Assembly (NCBI GenBank): GCA_964517415.1
Contig: CAZFCA010000004.1
Coordinates: 18,754 to 82,753, forward strand
Source: an uncultured Rhodospirillaceae bacterium
GTDB taxonomy: Bacteria > Pseudomonadota > Alphaproteobacteria > UBA9219
Direction of reading: 5' to 3'
DNA: 64,000 nt
The number at the start of each line of letters is the position of its first letter. Position 1 is the first letter of the stretch. Both the position numbers and the translations under genes were made by a program. The notes under the pieces are model-generated. The model was not told where the DNA came from. It was given only the letters and a program-made list of their open reading frames with translations, and did no database searches. Below are positions 48,080 through 57,672 of this stretch, piece by piece.

Positions 48080-48605
48080 TGATCTCTTTTTCTTTTGTGG
48101 CGTAGGAATCGTCGATTTTTTTGACGAATTCGTCCGTCAATTTTTGAACCTTGTCGTTTTGCGACTTGGCTTCGTCTTCCGGAAGTTTTTCCTTCTTGAT
48201 CGCGTCCATGGAATCGCGGCGCACGTTGCGTACCGCTATGCGCGCCTGTTCTGCGTACTTACCGGCCACCTTCACAAGTTCGACGCGGCGTTCCTGGCTA
48301 AGCTCCGGCAAGGGGACCCGGATCATCTGGCCATCGGGCTGGGGATTAAGGCCAAGGCCGGACTCGCGGATCGCTTTTTCGACGTTTTTGACAAGCGAGG
48401 CGTCCCACACATTGACGGTAAGAAGGCGGGATTCCGGCGCGCCGATGCTGCCAACCTGAGAGATCGGGGTCAGGCTGCCGTAGGCTTCGACTTTCACGGA
48501 ATCGAGCAGATTGACCGAGGCGCGACCCGTGCGAAGGCCTGCGAATTCCTTGTGCAGCGCTTCCAGCGCGCCTTCCATGCGTTTTTTCGTTTGATCGAGG
48601 TTCAT
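48069..48605 (-). CDS. frr: Ribosome recycling factor
   Basis: 178 aa with [25 protein letters not shown] and VRNVRRD. Confidence 0.93.
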   Translation of the reverse strand: MNLDQTKKRMEGALEALHKEFAGLRTGRASVNLLDSVKVEAYGSLTPISQVGSIGAPESRLLTVNVWDASLVKNVEKAIRESGLGLNPQPDGQMIRVPLPELSQERRVELVKVAGKYAEQARIAVRNVRRDSMDAIKKEKLPEDEAKSQNDKVQKLTDEFVKKIDDSYATKEKEITKV

Positions 48606-48618
48606 TTTATATCCTTTG

Positions 48619-49374
48619 TTATTCGATGATGGTGAATGTGCCCTTGCCCTGCATCACATCGGCGAACGCGCCATGCGTGTAGATCGAAAAGACAAGGATG
48701 GGGATTTTGCTTTGCCGCGCAAGAGAGACCGCGGAAGAGTCCATGACCTGCAAATCCTGCGAAAGCACGTCCATGTAGCCCAACCTGTCGTAGCGGGTGG
48801 CGTCCTTCACTTTTGTGGGATCGGCACTGTAAACGCCGTCGACCTTTGTGCCCTTCAAAAGCGCGTCGCATTGCATTTCGGAGGCGCGCAAGGCCGCTGC
48901 GCTGTCGGTCGTAAAGAAGGGATTGCCTGTGCCTGCCGCAAAAACAACGACGCGCCCTTTTTCCATATGGCGTATGGCGCGGCGGCGGATATAGGGCTCG
49001 CAGATCGAGGACATCGGAATGGCGGATTGCACGCGCGTAGGCACGCCCGCTTTTTCAAGCGCGTTTTGCATGGCCAGCGCGTTGATGACGGTGGCCAGCA
49101 TGCCCATATAATCGGCCGTGGCTCTGTCCATGCCTTGCGCCGCGCCGGAAACGCCCCGAAAAATATTGCCGCCGCCGATGACGACGCAAACCTCGACGTC
49201 CATGTCGATGACTGTTTTAATCTCGCCAGCTACGCGGTCGACAATTTCAGGCTCAAGTCCGTAATCGCGGCCGCCCATAAGCGCTTCGCCGGATAGTTTC
49301 AGCAAAACGCGCCGGAAACGAGCGGATGTTGGGGGGTGTGCGGGCTTGTTGCATTTATCCGCGAATTCGGACAT
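48619..49374 (-). CDS. pyrH: UMP kinase
   Basis: [21 protein letters not shown] and [24 protein letters not shown] chose the start at MSEFADK. Confidence 0.93.
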   Translation of the reverse strand: MSEFADKCNKPAHPPTSARFRRVLLKLSGEALMGGRDYGLEPEIVDRVAGEIKTVIDMDVEVCVVIGGGNIFRGVSGAAQGMDRATADYMGMLATVINALAMQNALEKAGVPTRVQSAIPMSSICEPYIRRRAIRHMEKGRVVVFAAGTGNPFFTTDSAAALRASEMQCDALLKGTKVDGVYSADPTKVKDATRYDRLGYMDVLSQDLQVMDSSAVSLARQSKIPILVFSIYTHGAFADVMQGKGTFTIIE

Positions 49375-49515
49375 GGATTTCTCCGTTAAGCATACCGTTG
49401 GGTTCTTTTGTGCGTCGGGCGGCATTATAGGAGGGGTTATTCTTAATGAACAGGGGAAATGCGTTGTTGAAAGTATTGGGCTGCCTTAAAATTATGAGGT
49501 TTTGAGGGGTCGAAA

Positions 49516-49983
49516 ATGAGAATCCTTTACGTTGACGGAAAAGAGATTTTCGCGAAAACGAACCTGCTGATCGCCTCGGTGGAAAACCCGCAAGCAGCGG
49601 AAAATTTTGTCCATGTGACGACTTTCAGCGCGGCTGTCTTGGAATTGGAGAAGGCTAAGGCGCAAGAGCCGTTCGATTTGATCATCTCCGCTTTGGTTTA
49701 CGAAGGAGCGGCGGCAGAAACCGGCGTGCGCGGCAACCTGGGCGGAATTGATCTTTTCAGGTTCTGCCATGAGAGAAACATTCAGTCTCCCTTTTGTTTT
49801 TTGACAAGGCCGGAAGGCTATCGGATTGTGAGCGCTCTTGACCGGGCGGGGCTTATGCCGCGTGAGGATACGCGGTTTTTTCGAAAAGGAACGCCTTTGA
49901 TGGAAATAATTAAGCAATGCATTCCGGAAAGAACCGACCGCGTGTTAAGCGATGCGCGCGCTCCAGACGTTCATCCGCGTTAA
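49516..49983 (+). CDS. Receiver-like (pseudo-receiver) protein lacking the phospho-acceptor Asp
   Basis: MRILYVDG...FDLIISALVYEG resembles a CheY-like fold, with DD changed to DG and the acceptor D changed to A. It is on the opposite strand inside the rpsB-uppS gene string. The call is tentative. Confidence 0.4.
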   Translation: MRILYVDGKEIFAKTNLLIASVENPQAAENFVHVTTFSAAVLELEKAKAQEPFDLIISALVYEGAAAETGVRGNLGGIDLFRFCHERNIQSPFCFLTRPEGYRIVSALDRAGLMPREDTRFFRKGTPLMEIIKQCIPERTDRVLSDARAPDVHPR

Positions 49984-50131
49984 AGTATAGGCTTGCTTCT
50001 ATGGTAGGAGAAAAGAGCGCAGGCATTTCGGCGTTTGCTGTCTGGAGTCCCTGTCTTGCCCCGCCTTTGGCGGGGCTCGCACGAGGATGACGCCCCTTTT
50101 TTTGATGCCTGTCTTTTAATCGCGGCATGCT

Positions 50132-50308
50132 GGGATTCATTATCCTGACTTTAGGATAATCCTAACCCTAACCCCCTCTCCTAACCCCCTCCGCCTACGC
50201 CCTTCGGGCTACGGCGCGACGGGGTGGGAACAAGACCGCGCCGAAGCGTAGCGAAGGCGGGCCGCAAGGGGAGGGGAATTTTTCTTTCTTCCCCGAATCC
50301 TGAATCCC
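50132..50308. repeat. Compound nested palindrome downstream of tsf, bounded by GGATTC-family arms (locus B2)
   Basis: Outer arms are GGGATTCA (50132) and CCCCGAATCCTGAATCCC (50291). Inner palindromes are TTATCCTGACTTTAGGATAA and an imperfect pair of about 40 nt (CCCCCTCCGCCTACGCCCTTCGGGCTACGGCGCG / CGCGCCGAAGCGTAGCGAAGGCGGG..GGGGAGGGG). Confidence 0.6.
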
Positions 50309-50311
50309 TAT

Positions 50312-51232
50312 TTATCCCGCCATCTTCGCAACTTCCGCAGCGAAGTCGTCGGCGGTTTTTTCGATGCCCTCACCAAGCTGGAAGCGCACAAAGCCCGAAA
50401 GTTTGATTCGCGCGCCAAGCGTTTTGGCGGCGTTCTCGATGACCTGTGCAACGCGTGTTTCGCCGTCGATGACGTAGATTTGCTCCGTCAAAACGACTTC
50501 TTCGTAATACTTGCGCAGGCGGCCTTCGACCATCTTGGCGATGATCGCTTCAGGCTTACCCGAGGCGCGCGCCTGATCGGCCAGCACGTTCTTTTCGCGC
50601 TCCAACGCTTTGGCGTCTACATCGGCAATGGTCAGCGCTTCGGGGCGCGCGGCGGCAATGTGCATCGCAAGCTGCTTGCCGAGCTCCTGCAATTTTTCCG
50701 GCGCGGCAGAGGATTCAAGCGCGACGAGCACGCCGATTTTGCCCAAGCAGGGCGCGACGGCGTTATGGATATAGGTGGCGACAATGCCTTGCGGAACCGA
50801 GAGCTTGGCCGCGCGGCGGATCGACATATTCTCGCCAATAGTGGCGATAAGGGTCGTCAACGCTTCCTGCACCGTGCCGCCGGAGGGATACTTGGCGTTT
50901 TTCATGGCTTCAACATCCGCGCCGGTATCGAGGGCGATTTTGGCCGCCTCCTGAACGAAGGGCTGGAACTTTTCGTTCATGGCGATGAAGTCGGTTTCCG
51001 CGTTGACTTCGACGACGGCGGCGGCTTTGCCAGCCGATGCCACGCCGATCAAGCCTTCGGCCGCGACGCGCCCCGCCTTTTTAGCGGCTGTCGAAAGCCC
51101 CTTTTTGCGCAGGCAATCAACGGCCGCTTCCATATCGCCGCCCGCTTCGGTCAGCGCTTTTTTGCAATCCATCATGCCCGCGCCGGTTTTCTCGCGCAGG
51201 TCTTTTACCATCGAGGCTGTGATTTCGGTCAT
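50312..51232 (-). CDS. tsf: Elongation factor Ts
   Basis: [27 protein letters not shown] followed by the dimerisation-domain pattern. Confidence 0.95.
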   Translation of the reverse strand: MTEITASMVKDLREKTGAGMMDCKKALTEAGGDMEAAVDCLRKKGLSTAAKKAGRVAAEGLIGVASAGKAAAVVEVNAETDFIAMNEKFQPFVQEAAKIALDTGADVEAMKNAKYPSGGTVQEALTTLIATIGENMSIRRAAKLSVPQGIVATYIHNAVAPCLGKIGVLVALESSAAPEKLQELGKQLAMHIAAARPEALTIADVDAKALEREKNVLADQARASGKPEAIIAKMVEGRLRKYYEEVVLTEQIYVIDGETRVAQVIENAAKTLGARIKLSGFVRFQLGEGIEKTADDFAAEVAKMAG

Positions 51233-51252
51233 TGCATTCTCCTCATAAAAAA

Positions 51253-51386
51253 GGATTCGGGATTTGGGTCAGGATTCGGGGGATATATGCAACTTGCGTC
51301 ACATCTTCTGACGATAAGTAGCGGATTTTGGGATCAGGACCTTTTCGAATGAATCCCTGAATCCCGAATCCTGAATCCCAAATCCC
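51253..51386. repeat. GGATTCGGGATT-family inverted repeat (locus B3) in the rpsB-tsf spacer
   Basis: Left arm GGATTCGGGATTTGGGTCAGGATTCGGGGG and right arm GAATCCCTGAATCCCGAATCCTGAATCCCAAATCCC, with an extra partial unit (GCGGATTTTGGGATCAGGACC) in the loop. Confidence 0.7.
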
Positions 51387-51392
51387 TTCTTG

Positions 51393-52151
51393 TTATTCCG
51401 CCGTTTTCGTTTCCGCGCTTGGGACGACGGTGGCTTCGCCGGCGTCTTTCGCGCTTACGCCCATTTCGGCTTCAATGCCGTCAAGGATCGCTTGCGACAC
51501 GACATCGCAGTAAAGGTCGATAGCTCGCGAAGCGTCGTCATTGCCCGGAATAGGGAACGTGATGCTCGTCGGATCGGAATTGCTGTCGACGACGGCGACA
51601 ACGGGGATGCCCAGCTTGACGGCTTCGGCGATGGCGATGTCTTCTTTCAGCGTGTCGATGACGAAAAGAATATCCGGCAGGCCGCCCATGTCCTTGATGC
51701 CGCCGAGCGATTTTTCGAGCTTATCGCGGTCGCGCGAAAGCTGAAGGGATTCTTTCTTCGTCAACTTCTTGGCTTCGTTGTCAAGGCGCTCGTTCAATTC
51801 GCGCAAACGCTTGATGGACAGGGAAATGGTTTTCCAGTTCGTCAGCATGCCACCCAGCCAGCGGTGGTTCACGTAATATTGGCCGCAGCGCTTGGCCGCA
51901 TCGGCGATTTTGTCCTGCGCCTGGCGTTTGGTGCCCACGAAAAGCACGCGTCCGCCAGAGGCGGCGGTATCGCGCAAAGATTGCAGGGCGCGCTGGAACA
52001 TCGGAACCGATTGCTCAAGGTCGATGATGTGCACGTTATTGCGCACGCCGAACAGATAGGATTGCATTTTGGGGTTCCAACGGCGCGTGTTGTGGCCGAA
52101 ATGGACGCCCGCTTCAAAAAGCTGGCGCAAAGAGACGACAGGCATCGTCAT
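51393..52151 (-). CDS. rpsB: 30S ribosomal protein S2
   Basis: [19 protein letters not shown] and [10 protein letters not shown]. Confidence 0.95.
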   Translation of the reverse strand: MTMPVVSLRQLFEAGVHFGHNTRRWNPKMQSYLFGVRNNVHIIDLEQSVPMFQRALQSLRDTAASGGRVLFVGTKRQAQDKIADAAKRCGQYYVNHRWLGGMLTNWKTISLSIKRLRELNERLDNEAKKLTKKESLQLSRDRDKLEKSLGGIKDMGGLPDILFVIDTLKEDIAIAEAVKLGIPVVAVVDSNSDPTSITFPIPGNDDASRAIDLYCDVVSQAILDGIEAEMGVSAKDAGEATVVPSAETKTAE

Positions 52152-52358
52152 GGGTGTAGTTCCTTTCTCCGGTTAAATCCGCCATGTGCGTGCGCCGATT
52201 TTATCGGCACCGGAAGGGCATTGATGAGGGATTTACCGCACCAGCCCAAAGCACATGTGTGTTTTTCTTCGCCCTTCAGGAACATCCTTAAGGACGGCGG
52301 TTTGTAGGCTGAAAACCAGCTAAAATCAAGGAATTTTAGAAGGGGTTGGCCTTAAGGC

Positions 52359-52393
52359 AAAAAAACAGCCGGAGCAAGGGGTTGCTCCGGCTG
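52359..52393 (-). terminator. Strong rho-independent terminator downstream of the porin gene and MITE copy 3
   Basis: On the minus strand: CAGCCGGAGCAA-CCCC-TTGCTCCGGCTG followed by TTTTTTT. Confidence 0.75.
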
Positions 52394-52410
52394 CTGGATG
52401 GCGATTTCTC

Positions 52411-52587
52411 TTATACCAAACGAGCACTGAATGTATCCACATCGCTTGACTTCACTCGCTCTGCGCCTCGCTTATCGCTTGCTGGATGCCCCTATGGATT
52501 CCAGGGGCTTAATATGTCCAGCGAGCAATGAGCTCCTCGCAACCGCTCGTGACCCAAGCGAGTCACTTCATTTTGCCGCGGGTATTA
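52411..52587 (-). mobile_element. MITE-like element, full-length copy 3 (reverse orientation)
   Basis: The minus-strand reading is TAA|TACCCGCGGCAAAATGAAG...GGGTCACGAGCGGTTGCGAGG...GGCGCAGAGCGAGTGAAGTC...CGTTTGGTA|TAA. The first TAA is the porin stop codon. A central hairpin GCCCCT-GGAATCCAT-AGGGGC is present. Confidence 0.7.
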
Positions 52588-54081
52588 GAAACTATACATG
52601 AACGAGCCTTGGAGGCGGTTGATGTCGCCGTCCGTGCCCGTGATGACCTTGCGGTAGCCGTACATGTATTCGATGCCGATCTTGTATGAAGGCGCGGGCT
52701 GCCAAATCAGGTTGGCGTGTCCCGAAGCGACGAATTTGTTCGCCACGCCTTGCGCCGTCGCGTTCAAGAAGCCGGTGTTGTTCAGAATGCGCGTGAATCC
52801 GCCGAAGATGTTGGAGCGGAATTCATCCGACCACAAATGCTGATAGCCGAACGTGCCGCCATAATACGGCTGGGTTTTCAAATTCCCCGTCGCCGTGCTG
52901 TAGTAAGCCGCCGCCGCGTTCACGTCGAAATCATAGCGTCCGGTTCCGTTGCCGCCGACGAAGTCGTAAACAATCGAATCCTTGTCGAAGACGCCCTGCT
53001 TGCCGGAAAGAGCCAAGCCATAACCCATTGCCACGGCCGTGTTTTCGTTTCCGATAGCGGTCGACGCCTTTTTGTCGACGTTGATCTGATTGACGACGGC
53101 GCGTAACGAGACATAGCCGTCCTTGGCATAAGCGTAGTCGCCGCGGGCGATAAGGTCGGGCAAGCGCGGGCGGTTCGTGACTGTCGTTCCCGACGTAGTC
53201 GGATTGGCCTGATAGATTCCGTTTTGCGTCGCTTGCACGACGTTTGCCGGGACTTCGACCGATCCGCTAAGAGTGAGGGGGCCGAAGGCCTGCGTGTACC
53301 GGACTTGTGGTTGGCGCACGAAAATGGTTCCTGCGGGGCCGATGTAATCAAGAGATTCGGGCATTGCATTGGTATCCATCAGGTTGGACCAAGTTTGGCC
53401 TGCGAGCAGTTGCCCCTTGGCGGGCGTGCCGACGCTGCCGTAGGCGTGGCGCAACATAAAGCCGTAGGTGCTCGTGTTGCTGTTCGTGCCCGAGGCGCCG
53501 TAGAAATCGCCTTCGACGAAGGTTTTGATCTCGCCCAAGAAAGACGCCGTGCGCGTTTCGAAGTTCACGCGTGATTGCTGCGCGCTGAAGGTCGTTTGCG
53601 AACTGCGGTCGGCTGCGGCCGTGTTGCCCAGCGGAATCATGAAAAACCGCGCGTAGGATTGGTCGTAGCCGACGCCGATATTCTCGACCAAATCGAGCTT
53701 GACGTAGCCGCCCAGCTTGACGGAAGTCGAGGTGCCCGGAATATGGAACGAACCCGGGAAGCTGCCTTTCGTGACGACTTCGTCTTCATTAACCGCAGCG
53801 GCGGCAACTGTTTTCGGCGCGGGGGTTGAGGAAAGGGTTGTTTTGTCCGTTGCGGGAGCGGGGGCGATGGCTACCGGCGCGGGCGCCGCAGCCGCCGTCT
53901 TCTTGGCTTCGGCTTTTTCTTTGCGGGTTTGCGTTTCCATTTGGTCGATTTTTTTGGTCAGCTTGGCGATTTGTTCTTTTAAAATCGCGATTTCTTTTTC
54001 GGTATCGGCGGCCGCATAGGAAGGAGATGCGACAAGCATGAGCGCCAGCAGGGAGGAGGCGACGAGAATTCGGTTTTTCAT
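52585..54081 (-). CDS. Outer-membrane porin with an N-terminal coiled coil (DcaP-like architecture)
   Basis: Signal peptide, a heptad-like KEIAILKEQIAKLTKKIDQMETQ segment, an Ala/Pro linker, alternating beta-strand pattern and a C-terminal ...GSFMYSF. Confidence 0.65.
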   Translation of the reverse strand: MKNRILVASSLLALMLVASPSYAAADTEKEIAILKEQIAKLTKKIDQMETQTRKEKAEAKKTAAAAPAPVAIAPAPATDKTTLSSTPAPKTVAAAAVNEDEVVTKGSFPGSFHIPGTSTSVKLGGYVKLDLVENIGVGYDQSYARFFMIPLGNTAAADRSSQTTFSAQQSRVNFETRTASFLGEIKTFVEGDFYGASGTNSNTSTYGFMLRHAYGSVGTPAKGQLLAGQTWSNLMDTNAMPESLDYIGPAGTIFVRQPQVRYTQAFGPLTLSGSVEVPANVVQATQNGIYQANPTTSGTTVTNRPRLPDLIARGDYAYAKDGYVSLRAVVNQINVDKKASTAIGNENTAVAMGYGLALSGKQGVFDKDSIVYDFVGGNGTGRYDFDVNAAAAYYSTATGNLKTQPYYGGTFGYQHLWSDEFRSNIFGGFTRILNNTGFLNATAQGVANKFVASGHANLIWQPAPSYKIGIEYMYGYRKVITGTDGDINRLQGSFMYSF

Positions 54082-54316
54082 GAGAGAACCCCTTAAGGAT
54101 GAAACGTAAAGTCACATAAAATTAGTTAGTATGAGACTCGCGCCGTTTGTTATGTAAAATGCATGCGCTTTGATATTTTTGACCAACGTTGCACAAAAGC
54201 AACGATGGCTTGAAAGAGGCGCTTTCGTGTTGTTTTTCCATGTTTGCTGCGGGTGTGTTATATCCTCCGCGCCCGACGGTCACATTGATCGTTTAACATT
54301 TGAGTCGGATGCCTTT

Positions 54317-55348
54317 ATGACTGCTGCCGTCCATCGTCGCTGGGATTTTGGTGTTCCCCTGTTGTCGCTGTGCGTCAGTCGAAACGGGGAATGGGTCATG
54401 GCCTCGATGGCGGACGGAACGGCGCGTTTGTTTTCCGCGTCTCCGGACGTGAAGGAATCCCGAAGTCTGGCGCTTTACAATGCTTCTTCGATGAGCGTCG
54501 CGGCGGACGTCGACGCGCATGCGTTTCTTGCTGGGGGCGAAAACGGCAACGTACACATTATTGATCCGATAATCAGCGAAACGACGTTAATCGCTGAAGC
54601 CAAAGGCAGCCCCATTCTATGCGTGGCTTCTGCGCCCAGAGGCGAACGGCGGGCTTACGGCGCGGGAAAGAATGTTTATCTGTTGGATGAAACGGGGAAA
54701 ACCAGCGGGACGCTCCCCGTCTCGAGCGAGCCTGTGGCCTTGGCCTTTAGTCCCGACGGCTGTTGCTTGGCGGTCGGCGTTTCCGATGGCGTTGCGCTGT
54801 GGCCTGTGGCGCAGGACGGCACTAAGCCGACGGTTTTGGAACTCAAAGGATCCCCTTGCGCGTTGATATGGAAGGCTGATGACGGCATGCTTTTGGCGGG
54901 AATGACGGAAGGCCGACTTTCGGGCTGGCGTTTGCCAGAAGGTGTGCCCTTTGCGCGGAACGGGTTTTTGGGACCTGTTAATTTCCTAAGTTTCACGGTT
55001 GGCGAAAAGTTTGTTGCAGCTTCCGGTGCGCGGGGGATTCTTTGCTGGCAAGTCAAAGAAAAGGGCATCGGCGAGCAGCCATTAGTATTAGGCGAGGCGG
55101 GGGAAAGGATTGTGACGGCGCTTGCGCCCCACCCCAAAGACCCCCTTATAGCCGCGGGCTATGGTGACGGCTTGGTTGTCTTGGCGCCTCTAGATGGGCG
55201 CAAGGCGATGGCGGTAGGGACTCCGAATGCAACAGCCGTTAACGGCCTTGCGTGGAATAAGGACGGAGACGCCTTGTTTGCGTCGACAAAATCCGGCACA
55301 ATCCTTTTATTCACAGTCGAAAGTGTAAGGAAAGCCTTTGTTGCCTGA
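54317..55348 (+). CDS. WD40/beta-propeller-like repeat protein
   Basis: Repeated units of about 40 aa (…ADGTARLFS…, …GENGNVHIID…, …SDGVALWPV…, …GDGLVVLAP…, …KSGTILLFT…). I chose the start at MTAAVH. Confidence 0.5.
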   Translation: MTAAVHRRWDFGVPLLSLCVSRNGEWVMASMADGTARLFSASPDVKESRSLALYNASSMSVAADVDAHAFLAGGENGNVHIIDPIISETTLIAEAKGSPILCVASAPRGERRAYGAGKNVYLLDETGKTSGTLPVSSEPVALAFSPDGCCLAVGVSDGVALWPVAQDGTKPTVLELKGSPCALIWKADDGMLLAGMTEGRLSGWRLPEGVPFARNGFLGPVNFLSFTVGEKFVAASGARGILCWQVKEKGIGEQPLVLGEAGERIVTALAPHPKDPLIAAGYGDGLVVLAPLDGRKAMAVGTPNATAVNGLAWNKDGDALFASTKSGTILLFTVESVRKAFVA

Positions 55349-56510
55349 TGTCGAAGATATTCTCTCCAGCCTTGTCGGTTTCGACACAACTTCGCGCAAT
55401 CCTAATTTTCCGTGCATCACGCTTATTCGCGATTATTTAAGCGATCTGGGCGTTGCGTGCGAGATTATCGCGGGCGGGAAAAAGGGAAAAGTCTGCCTTT
55501 TTGCGACGGTCGGCGAAGCTGGGAATTCTTGTCCCCTGCTTGCCGCGCATACCGATGTGGTGCCTGTCGACGGCCAGCCGTGGTCCAGCGATCCCTTCTG
55601 TCTGACCGAGCGGGATGGGAAGCTGTTCGGCCGCGGCGCGGCGGACATGAAAGGATTTATAGCCGCCGCCCTTGCTTTTGTTCCCCGATTCCTCGCCGCG
55701 AAAAGCGGCAAAGGCTTTCATCTGGCGCTGACGTTCGATGAGGAAGTCGACATGACGGGCGCGAAGCGGCTTAAGGGCTATATGATGGCGAACGCCATCA
55801 AGCCGCAGTGGATATGGATTGGCGAGCCGACGAGATTCAAAGTGATTAATCAACACAAAGGGTCTGCGGTTTGCCGGACGCGATTGAACGGAGTTTCCGG
55901 CCATTCCGGACAGCCGCAGAACGGCTTGAACGCCATCGAAATGGCGTCAGTGCTGATGAACGTCCTTTTGGACATGGGAAGGCAGAAAAAAGCGCACCCC
56001 TATGTGGGATCGCCTTTCAATCCGCCTTATACGACGGTCAACCTTGGCGTCATCAGCGGCGGAGCGGCAGACAACATTATTGCGGGAGCATGCGAGCTTG
56101 TTTGGCAATTGCGCGTCCATTCGGGGGATTGCGCGGCCGATTTCCTTGCCGAGGCCGAGGCCAAAACCCATGACATTCTGGCGCCGCGCCTGGCTTCTTT
56201 CCCCGCGGCATCGATAGAGTCGCAATGGGGCTTGGATACGCCTCCCTTCGCGTCCGCGCCGGGCAACAAGGCCGTCAAAGCCTTGCACAAAGCATTGGAT
56301 ACCGAGGAAACGCATGCCGTCAATTTTGCCACCGAGGCGGGGGTTTATCAGGAACTTTGCGCCGATCTGGCCGTCTGCGGACCCGGGTCTATCGAACAGG
56401 CACATCAACCCAATGAATTTATTGAAAAAAAACACCTTCAGCGTTGCGTTGACTTGATGGGCAAGGTTCTTCTATCTTCCTCTCCCATTTACGAAAGGGA
56501 GTCGACATGA
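55338..56510 (+). CDS. argE: Acetylornithine deacetylase-type M20 peptidase (ArgE-like)
   Basis: AAHTDVVPV...PF...GRGAADMKGF metal-binding motifs. Apparent TTG start. Confidence 0.75.
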   Translation: MLPDVEDILSSLVGFDTTSRNPNFPCITLIRDYLSDLGVACEIIAGGKKGKVCLFATVGEAGNSCPLLAAHTDVVPVDGQPWSSDPFCLTERDGKLFGRGAADMKGFIAAALAFVPRFLAAKSGKGFHLALTFDEEVDMTGAKRLKGYMMANAIKPQWIWIGEPTRFKVINQHKGSAVCRTRLNGVSGHSGQPQNGLNAIEMASVLMNVLLDMGRQKKAHPYVGSPFNPPYTTVNLGVISGGAADNIIAGACELVWQLRVHSGDCAADFLAEAEAKTHDILAPRLASFPAASIESQWGLDTPPFASAPGNKAVKALHKALDTEETHAVNFATEAGVYQELCADLAVCGPGSIEQAHQPNEFIEKKHLQRCVDLMGKVLLSSSPIYEREST

Positions 56511-56950
56511 GGAGCAAACCCATAGCCGCCGTCACCGTTCCGCCGAATTATAAGCCGACGGAAAAAGAGCCTTATATGAATCCGGTGATGCTTGAATATT
56601 TCAGGCAAAAATTGCTTCACTGGAAGGCCGACATCGTGCGCGAATCCGACATTACCTTGCAGGAGTTGCAGGACGACGGCGGCATGCAGGAGCCCGACAT
56701 CGCCGACCGCGCTTCCGCCGAGACGGAAGTCGCGCTTGAGCTGCGCACGCGCGACCGGCAGCGCAAATTGATCAGTAAAATCGACGAGGCTTTAGAGCGC
56801 ATCGACCGCAATGAATACGGTTATTGCGAGGAAACGGGCGAACCTATTGGCGTCAAACGCCTCGAAGCGCGGCCTATCGCCACGTTGACCGTGGACTCGC
56901 AAGAGAGGCATGAGCGTAAGGAGCGGACACAAAGGGACGAGAGGGAATAA
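56507..56950 (+). CDS. dksA: RNA polymerase-binding regulator DksA (Cys-less zinc-finger variant)
   Basis: A coiled coil carrying the DxxDxA tip (DIADRASAE), and a C-terminus GYCEETGEPIGVKRLEARPIATL with only one Cys, as seen in many alphaproteobacteria. ATGA overlap with argE. Confidence 0.9.
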   Translation: MRSKPIAAVTVPPNYKPTEKEPYMNPVMLEYFRQKLLHWKADIVRESDITLQELQDDGGMQEPDIADRASAETEVALELRTRDRQRKLISKIDEALERIDRNEYGYCEETGEPIGVKRLEARPIATLTVDSQERHERKERTQRDERE

Positions 56951-57090
56951 TACCAACAGCCCAAAAAAAGGACTCGTTTTGGTCACGAGCGGTTGGATTT
57001 ATTAAGCCCTTGGAATCCATAGGGACGCCCAGCAAGCGATAAGCGAGGCGCAGAGCGAGCGAAGTCGAGCGATATGGATACATTCATTGG
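56948..57090 (+). repeat. MITE-like element, copy 4 (3' end eroded)
   Basis: It starts on the dksA stop codon (TAATACCAACAGCCC) and shares GGTCACGAGCGGTTG, TTATTAAGCCCTTGGAATCCATAGGGACGCCCAGCAAGCGATAAGCGAGGCGCAGAGCGAGCGAAGTC and GGATACATTCATTGG. The terminal GTTTGGTA is missing. Confidence 0.6.
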
Positions 57091-57135
57091 GAGGGAAGTT
57101 CCTTTGAAATTAACGTCAAAACGGAGAGCCAGAAG

Positions 57136-57672
57136 ATGAAAACTTGCGCGCGACTTTTTCTTTTGGGGCTTTGCTCGGCCTTCTTTCCTGCCTCCGCTTT
57201 TGCCGCAGGGGCGGCTGTTTCGGATATGTACGGCGTGCGCGAAGTCGTGCTGGATCACGCGCTGTTCGACGATCCGCGGGCGTCCGACACCTGCGGCCTT
57301 TCGCGCGAATTGATCGCAACCGTCGTTTCAAATGGTTTAAAGGGGACTTCGGTTCCGGCTATTCCTGTCGATGAAGCGCGGCCTCCCGTTGCGGGCATTT
57401 TCCGCATCAATCTGGCGCCTTTGATCTCGACGTACGTCGATGAAACGATGGGCTGCGTGTCGTGGATTTCGCTGTCGGCCGAAAACCGCGTAAGCCTGAT
57501 GGTGCCGCCCCTTAACGTGCAGCGCGCGGTTCTGGCTGTTTTTTGGCGCGGCCACACAAAGGTCGTCAGCACGCATTCAACTCATTCGCCTAAAGTGTCG
57601 GAATCCCTCAAGACGCTTGTGGATAAATTTGCGCGTCAGTTCCGCGCCGATCAACCGCCCGATCTGCCTTAA
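57136..57672 (+). CDS. Hypothetical exported protein
   Basis: Signal peptide (LFLLGLCSAFFPASAFA). No family that I recognise. Confidence 0.45.
   Translation: MKTCARLFLLGLCSAFFPASAFAAGAAVSDMYGVREVVLDHALFDDPRASDTCGLSRELIATVVSNGLKGTSVPAIPVDEARPPVAGIFRINLAPLISTYVDETMGCVSWISLSAENRVSLMVPPLNVQRAVLAVFWRGHTKVVSTHSTHSPKVSESLKTLVDKFARQFRADQPPDLP

Noticed and set aside
49990-50080. Possible tRNA or small structured RNA downstream of the pseudo-receiver ORF (GC hairpin GCCCCGC-CTTTG-GCGGGGC)
   Set aside because: No T-loop (GTTCRANYC) is present, there is no acceptor-stem complementarity, and no CCA context. No T-tract follows the hairpin. It cannot be supported as a tRNA or a terminator.
50160-50176. 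Telomere-like CCTAACCCTAACCCC within the compound palindrome
   Set aside because: There are only two units, embedded in a larger palindromic repeat. It is most likely coincidental.
46682-51386. GGATTCGGGATT repeats as a CRISPR array
   Set aside because: The units occur as inverted arms at separate loci, not as regularly spaced direct repeats with unique spacers. No cas genes are present.
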